DNA from: an uncultured bacterium
GTDB lineage: Bacteria; Fidelibacterota; Marinisomatia; Marinisomatales; AB-629-J13
DNA: 54,116 nucleotides
Direction of reading: 5' to 3'
NCBI GenBank assembly: GCA_964518835.1
Contig: CAZFKU010000003.1
Location: forward strand, 1-54,116
The position numbers were made by a program, and so were the translations under genes. Position 1 is the stretch's first letter. Every line of letters begins with the position of its first letter. Below, one piece after another: positions 50,613-54,116 of the stretch. The notes beneath the pieces are model-generated. The model searched no databases. It had not been told where the DNA came from and was given only the letters and a program-made list of their open reading frames with translations.

Positions 50613-52319
50613 ATGGGCGGTTTAGTAGAATGTGTTCCTAATTTCAGTGAGGGACGAGATAAGATAAAAATAGACCAGATTGTTGATTCAATAAAAAGTG
50701 TAGATGGAATTACCATTTTGGATGTTGATCCTGGGAAAGATACAAATAGAACAGTGGTCACCTTTGTTGGAGAAATTTCTGCAGTAGAAAATGCTGCATT
50801 TTTGGGGATTCAAACAGCGGCTTCCGTTATCGATATGAAAACCCAAAAAGGTGCCCATCCACGAATGGGAGCAACGGATGTTTGTCCGTTTATTCCTGTG
50901 AGCGGAGTAACTGTTGATGACTGTGTTGCACTTTCTGAAAGAGTTGGGAAATTGGTGGGAGAGAAATTGAATATTCCCGTTTATTTGTACGAACATTCAG
51001 CCAAAAGTCTAGTACGGAAAAGCCTTCCTATTATCCGGGAAGGAGAATATGAAGGGTTTGCACAAAAAATAAAAGAACCGAAGTGGAAACCCGATTTTGG
51101 CCCCATTGAGTTTAATGCCGAATCAGGTGCTACTGTTTTGGGTTGCCGTGATTTTCTCATAGCTTACAATATAAACCTGAATACGAAAGACACCCGATTG
51201 GCGACAGATATTGCATTTGAATTGAGGGAAAAAGGAAGATCTAAGCGTATTCCAAACCCGGATTCTGCAAACCTATTGGATGGAGAAATTGTTCGTAATG
51301 AGGACGGAAGTCCTGTGAAAGTACCGGGAAAATACAAAGATGTGAAAGCAATCGGATGGTACATGGACACTTACAACAGAGCCCAGATCAGTATCAATTT
51401 TAATAATTATAAAGTGTCCAAAATTCACGATGTTTTTGATACTGCCTGTAAATTAGCAGTTGAAAGAGGAATTCGTGTTACAGGGAGTGAATTGGTTGGA
51501 TTAATCCCGCTGGATGCAATTTTAATGGCAGGGAAACATTACCTTAAAAAACAAAACCGCAGTTGTGGAGTTTCAGAAAAAGACATCATTGAAACTGCTG
51601 TTCAGTCGTTGGGATTGAATGATGTAGCTCCTTTTCATCCTGAAGAAAAAATAGTTGAATTTGCTGTTAAAACAAAGGAAAGAGCCCTCATCAATATGAC
51701 CGTCACCGACTTCACAGATGAATTAGCATCCAACAGCCCGGCTCCGGGAGGGGGGAGTGTATCAGCATTGGCAGGTACTTTAGCAGGTGGACTCACATCA
51801 ATGGTGGCGGCACTTACCCATGAGAAAAAAGAATTTCTGGATAAAAAACCAATGATGGAAGAATTGGGAATTCAAGCACAAAAATTTAAGGATAAATTGT
51901 TGTATCTCGTTGATGAGGACACCAATGCATTCAATGGGATACTTTCTGCAAGGCGACTATCTGCATCGACTGATGAAGAGAAAAAAATTCGTAAAATCGC
52001 AATTTTAACCGCAGATCGTTACGCTATTGAAATTCCTCTGAAGGTTGCTGAAATTTCCTATAAAGTGATGAAACTTTCCGAAAAATTAGTCAATGAAGGG
52101 AATCCCAATTCGGTGAGTGATGCGGGTGTTGCAGGAGAAATGGCTTTGGCTGCAGTTCGGGGAGCCTGTATGAACGTGCATATCAATCTTTCAGGTTTTT
52201 CGGGGGATGATGTATTTGCCGAAGATGCAAATTCCAAATCAAAAGAATTCGTTCTGAAGTCTGAAAAACTCCACAATCAGATTTATTCTGATGTTCAAAG
52301 AGTCATTGATTCTTTATGA
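50613..52319 (+). CDS. Bifunctional glutamate formimidoyltransferase / formimidoyltetrahydrofolate cyclodeaminase (FTCD-type fusion)
   Basis: 568 aa. The N-terminal ECVPNFSEGRD and GAHPRMGATDV are formiminotransferase motifs. The C-terminal ~200-aa helical region (SNSPAPGGGSVSALAGTLA) is a cyclodeaminase domain. Confidence 0.88.
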   Translation: MGGLVECVPNFSEGRDKIKIDQIVDSIKSVDGITILDVDPGKDTNRTVVTFVGEISAVENAAFLGIQTAASVIDMKTQKGAHPRMGATDVCPFIPVSGVTVDDCVALSERVGKLVGEKLNIPVYLYEHSAKSLVRKSLPIIREGEYEGFAQKIKEPKWKPDFGPIEFNAESGATVLGCRDFLIAYNINLNTKDTRLATDIAFELREKGRSKRIPNPDSANLLDGEIVRNEDGSPVKVPGKYKDVKAIGWYMDTYNRAQISINFNNYKVSKIHDVFDTACKLAVERGIRVTGSELVGLIPLDAILMAGKHYLKKQNRSCGVSEKDIIETAVQSLGLNDVAPFHPEEKIVEFAVKTKERALINMTVTDFTDELASNSPAPGGGSVSALAGTLAGGLTSMVAALTHEKKEFLDKKPMMEELGIQAQKFKDKLLYLVDEDTNAFNGILSARRLSASTDEEKKIRKIAILTADRYAIEIPLKVAEISYKVMKLSEKLVNEGNPNSVSDAGVAGEMALAAVRGACMNVHINLSGFSGDDVFAEDANSKSKEFVLKSEKLHNQIYSDVQRVIDSL

Positions 52320-54097
52320 GCGGTAAAATCCATATTTTATCAGAGGATATCCGGAATAAAATTTCTGCCGGAGAAGTGGTTGAACGACCTGCATCTGTGG
52401 TGAAAGAATTGATGGAAAACAGTTTGGATTCAGGGGCAAGTGAATTAACCATTACAGTTGAAAATGGAGGACATACTCTAATTCAGGTTTTGGATAACGG
52501 AAATGGAATCTCACCTGATGATCTACCCTTGGCAGTGCAAAGATATACAACCAGTAAAATTCAAAATGTGAGTGATTTGTTTCAAATTGATACATTGGGA
52601 TTTCGAGGTGAAGCATTATCAAGCATCGCATCTGTTTCTGAAATGGTTTTACACTCCTGCGATGGAGATCATTCCGGAGGAAAAGTCATAGTGAAGGATG
52701 GAATAATTTCCGACACAGAACCGGCTCCGGATATCGACGGAACTCAAATTTCCATTCGCAGTTTGTTTTATAATACACCTGCCAGAAGGAAATTTTTAAA
52801 ATCTCCAAAAGTGGAATTACGGAAAATTGTAGAAACCGTCAGACAATTATCCCTGGGAAATCCTGAATCTAATGTAACATTAATCGCAGACGGAAAAACA
52901 TTATTACAGACCCAAAATGAAGATTTAACTGAAAGAATAAATTCCCTTTTTGATCCCACTTACGGAGAAAATTTATTACCTGTTTCTATGGATAAAGGAG
53001 ATTTTAATATTAAAGGATTTATCGGGAATTTAAATCTGGTACGTTCCAGACCCGGCGAGCAGTTCATTTTTCTAAATTCACGGTTTATTAAAGACAGGCT
53101 CTTGAATTCTGCGGTGTATTCTGGATTTCAATCATTGGTAAAAAGAGGAGAGTATCCATTTTTTGTATTGAATATTACTATTCCTGTAGATCAGGTTGAT
53201 GTGAATGTACACCCCATGAAAACAGAAGTCAGATTCAAAGATGAATGGCGTATATATCATGTGATCAAAGCAGCGGTTATGGAATCCTTAAAGGAAATTT
53301 TGGATACAGTTCCAAGTTTTGAAAGAGGAAAATCTTCATTTCTCTTCAATACCGGACAGCAGACGGATTCATTTCCTTTCCAAAACAAACCACCGGAAGG
53401 ATATGGCGGTGTCTCCAACGGACATTCTCATGTGCCATTCAGTGAGAATAAAGATCAGAGTTCAGAATTGGAAAAGGCAAAAAACTATGCATCTGTTCTG
53501 GCTGAGAAAAGGGAGGATATGGATCCATTAACATCCGGGAAAATCTGGCAGATACACGATAAATATATTTTGTCACCCATTCAAAGCGGAATGGTTGTCA
53601 TTGATCAGCATGTGGCTCATGAACGGGTCTTGTTTGAAGAAGCTTTGAGAGCATTTGAAAAAAATCATCTCCCATCCCAGACTCTTTTATTTCCGGAAGA
53701 AATGACATTTTCTCCTGATGAATATTCCGTACTCCTGGATTTATTACCCTACCTGGAGAAAATTGGATTCAGGTTAAAGGAAGGGGATAATTCCAATATT
53801 ATGTTAGAAGCAGTTCCATCAGATATGAGTCTGGGGAATGAAAAAACCATAATACGAAATATTCTGGATCATTATCTGGAACATGGAAAGGAATACAGTT
53901 CAACTCAGGAAAGACTGGCAGCCTCCTATGCTTGTCACGGTGCAATCAAAGCTGGTGATCCCCTTACATTTGAAGAAATGCAGGAATTAGTGAGTCGTCT
54001 TTTTGCCACAGAACATCCATATTATTGTCCCCATGGTCGTCCCATAATCGTCCGATTATCTCTGGAAGAATTGGATAAAAGGTTTGAGAGGATATAA
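52316..54097 (+). CDS. mutL: DNA mismatch repair protein MutL (endonuclease-type)
   Basis: 593 aa. GHKL ATPase N-terminus (AGEVVERPASVVKELMENSLDSGA). C-terminal endonuclease motifs IDQHVAHERVLFEE, ACHGAIKAGD, CPHGRP. Confidence 0.93.
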   Translation: MSGKIHILSEDIRNKISAGEVVERPASVVKELMENSLDSGASELTITVENGGHTLIQVLDNGNGISPDDLPLAVQRYTTSKIQNVSDLFQIDTLGFRGEALSSIASVSEMVLHSCDGDHSGGKVIVKDGIISDTEPAPDIDGTQISIRSLFYNTPARRKFLKSPKVELRKIVETVRQLSLGNPESNVTLIADGKTLLQTQNEDLTERINSLFDPTYGENLLPVSMDKGDFNIKGFIGNLNLVRSRPGEQFIFLNSRFIKDRLLNSAVYSGFQSLVKRGEYPFFVLNITIPVDQVDVNVHPMKTEVRFKDEWRIYHVIKAAVMESLKEILDTVPSFERGKSSFLFNTGQQTDSFPFQNKPPEGYGGVSNGHSHVPFSENKDQSSELEKAKNYASVLAEKREDMDPLTSGKIWQIHDKYILSPIQSGMVVIDQHVAHERVLFEEALRAFEKNHLPSQTLLFPEEMTFSPDEYSVLLDLLPYLEKIGFRLKEGDNSNIMLEAVPSDMSLGNEKTIIRNILDHYLEHGKEYSSTQERLAASYACHGAIKAGDPLTFEEMQELVSRLFATEHPYYCPHGRPIIVRLSLEELDKRFERI

Positions 54098-54116
54098 GAG
54101 TTATAATGTAAAGATT

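Overview
The 54.1-kb window is AT-rich and tightly packed. It holds about 47 protein-coding genes, every one on the + strand, and many are joined by 1-, 4- or 11-nt start/stop overlaps. I found no rRNA, tRNA, CRISPR array, transposase or prophage signature, and the intergenic gaps are too short to hold any.

Most of the content is recognisable housekeeping:
- pdxS(partial)-pdxT-dxs-cstA
- an acyl-CoA mutase catalytic subunit
- a cytochrome c maturation (System I) cluster
- an archaeal-type GAPDH homologue and an MBL hydrolase
- tilS-hpt-ftsH-folP-cdaA
- a giant C25 peptidase, a PorV-like barrel and a lipoprotein
- prfB (with its +1 frameshift)-lysS, then lolE/lolC/lolD, clpC and dnaK
- tamB, an Omp85 protein and a TPR protein
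- moxR, a DUF58 protein and a BatD-like protein
- efp-accB-accC-gcvH
- a GGGP-synthase homologue, gmhA, xerD, an M50 protease, formimidoyltransferase-cyclodeaminase and mutL

The T9SS-type C-terminal domain, PorV-like barrel, Bat-like genes and group-II-like GGGPS suggest an FCB-superphylum-like bacterium. That placement is inference only.

I do not see a clear, wholly novel multi-gene system. The items most worth a second look are:
1. A PorU/PorV-like sortase module with an uncharacterised FN3 lipoprotein.
2. An archaeal-type ether-lipid prenyltransferase sitting directly behind the fatty-acid genes accB/accC.
3. A variant System I whose CcmE carries CxxxY, plus two small unannotated or uncharacterised ORFs (CcmD-like and CcmI-N-like).
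4. An 'MCM' whose specificity residues are of the isobutyryl-CoA-mutase type.
5. An archaeal-type GAPDH homologue.

All calls were made by eye from motifs in the supplied translations and DNA. No database search was run.
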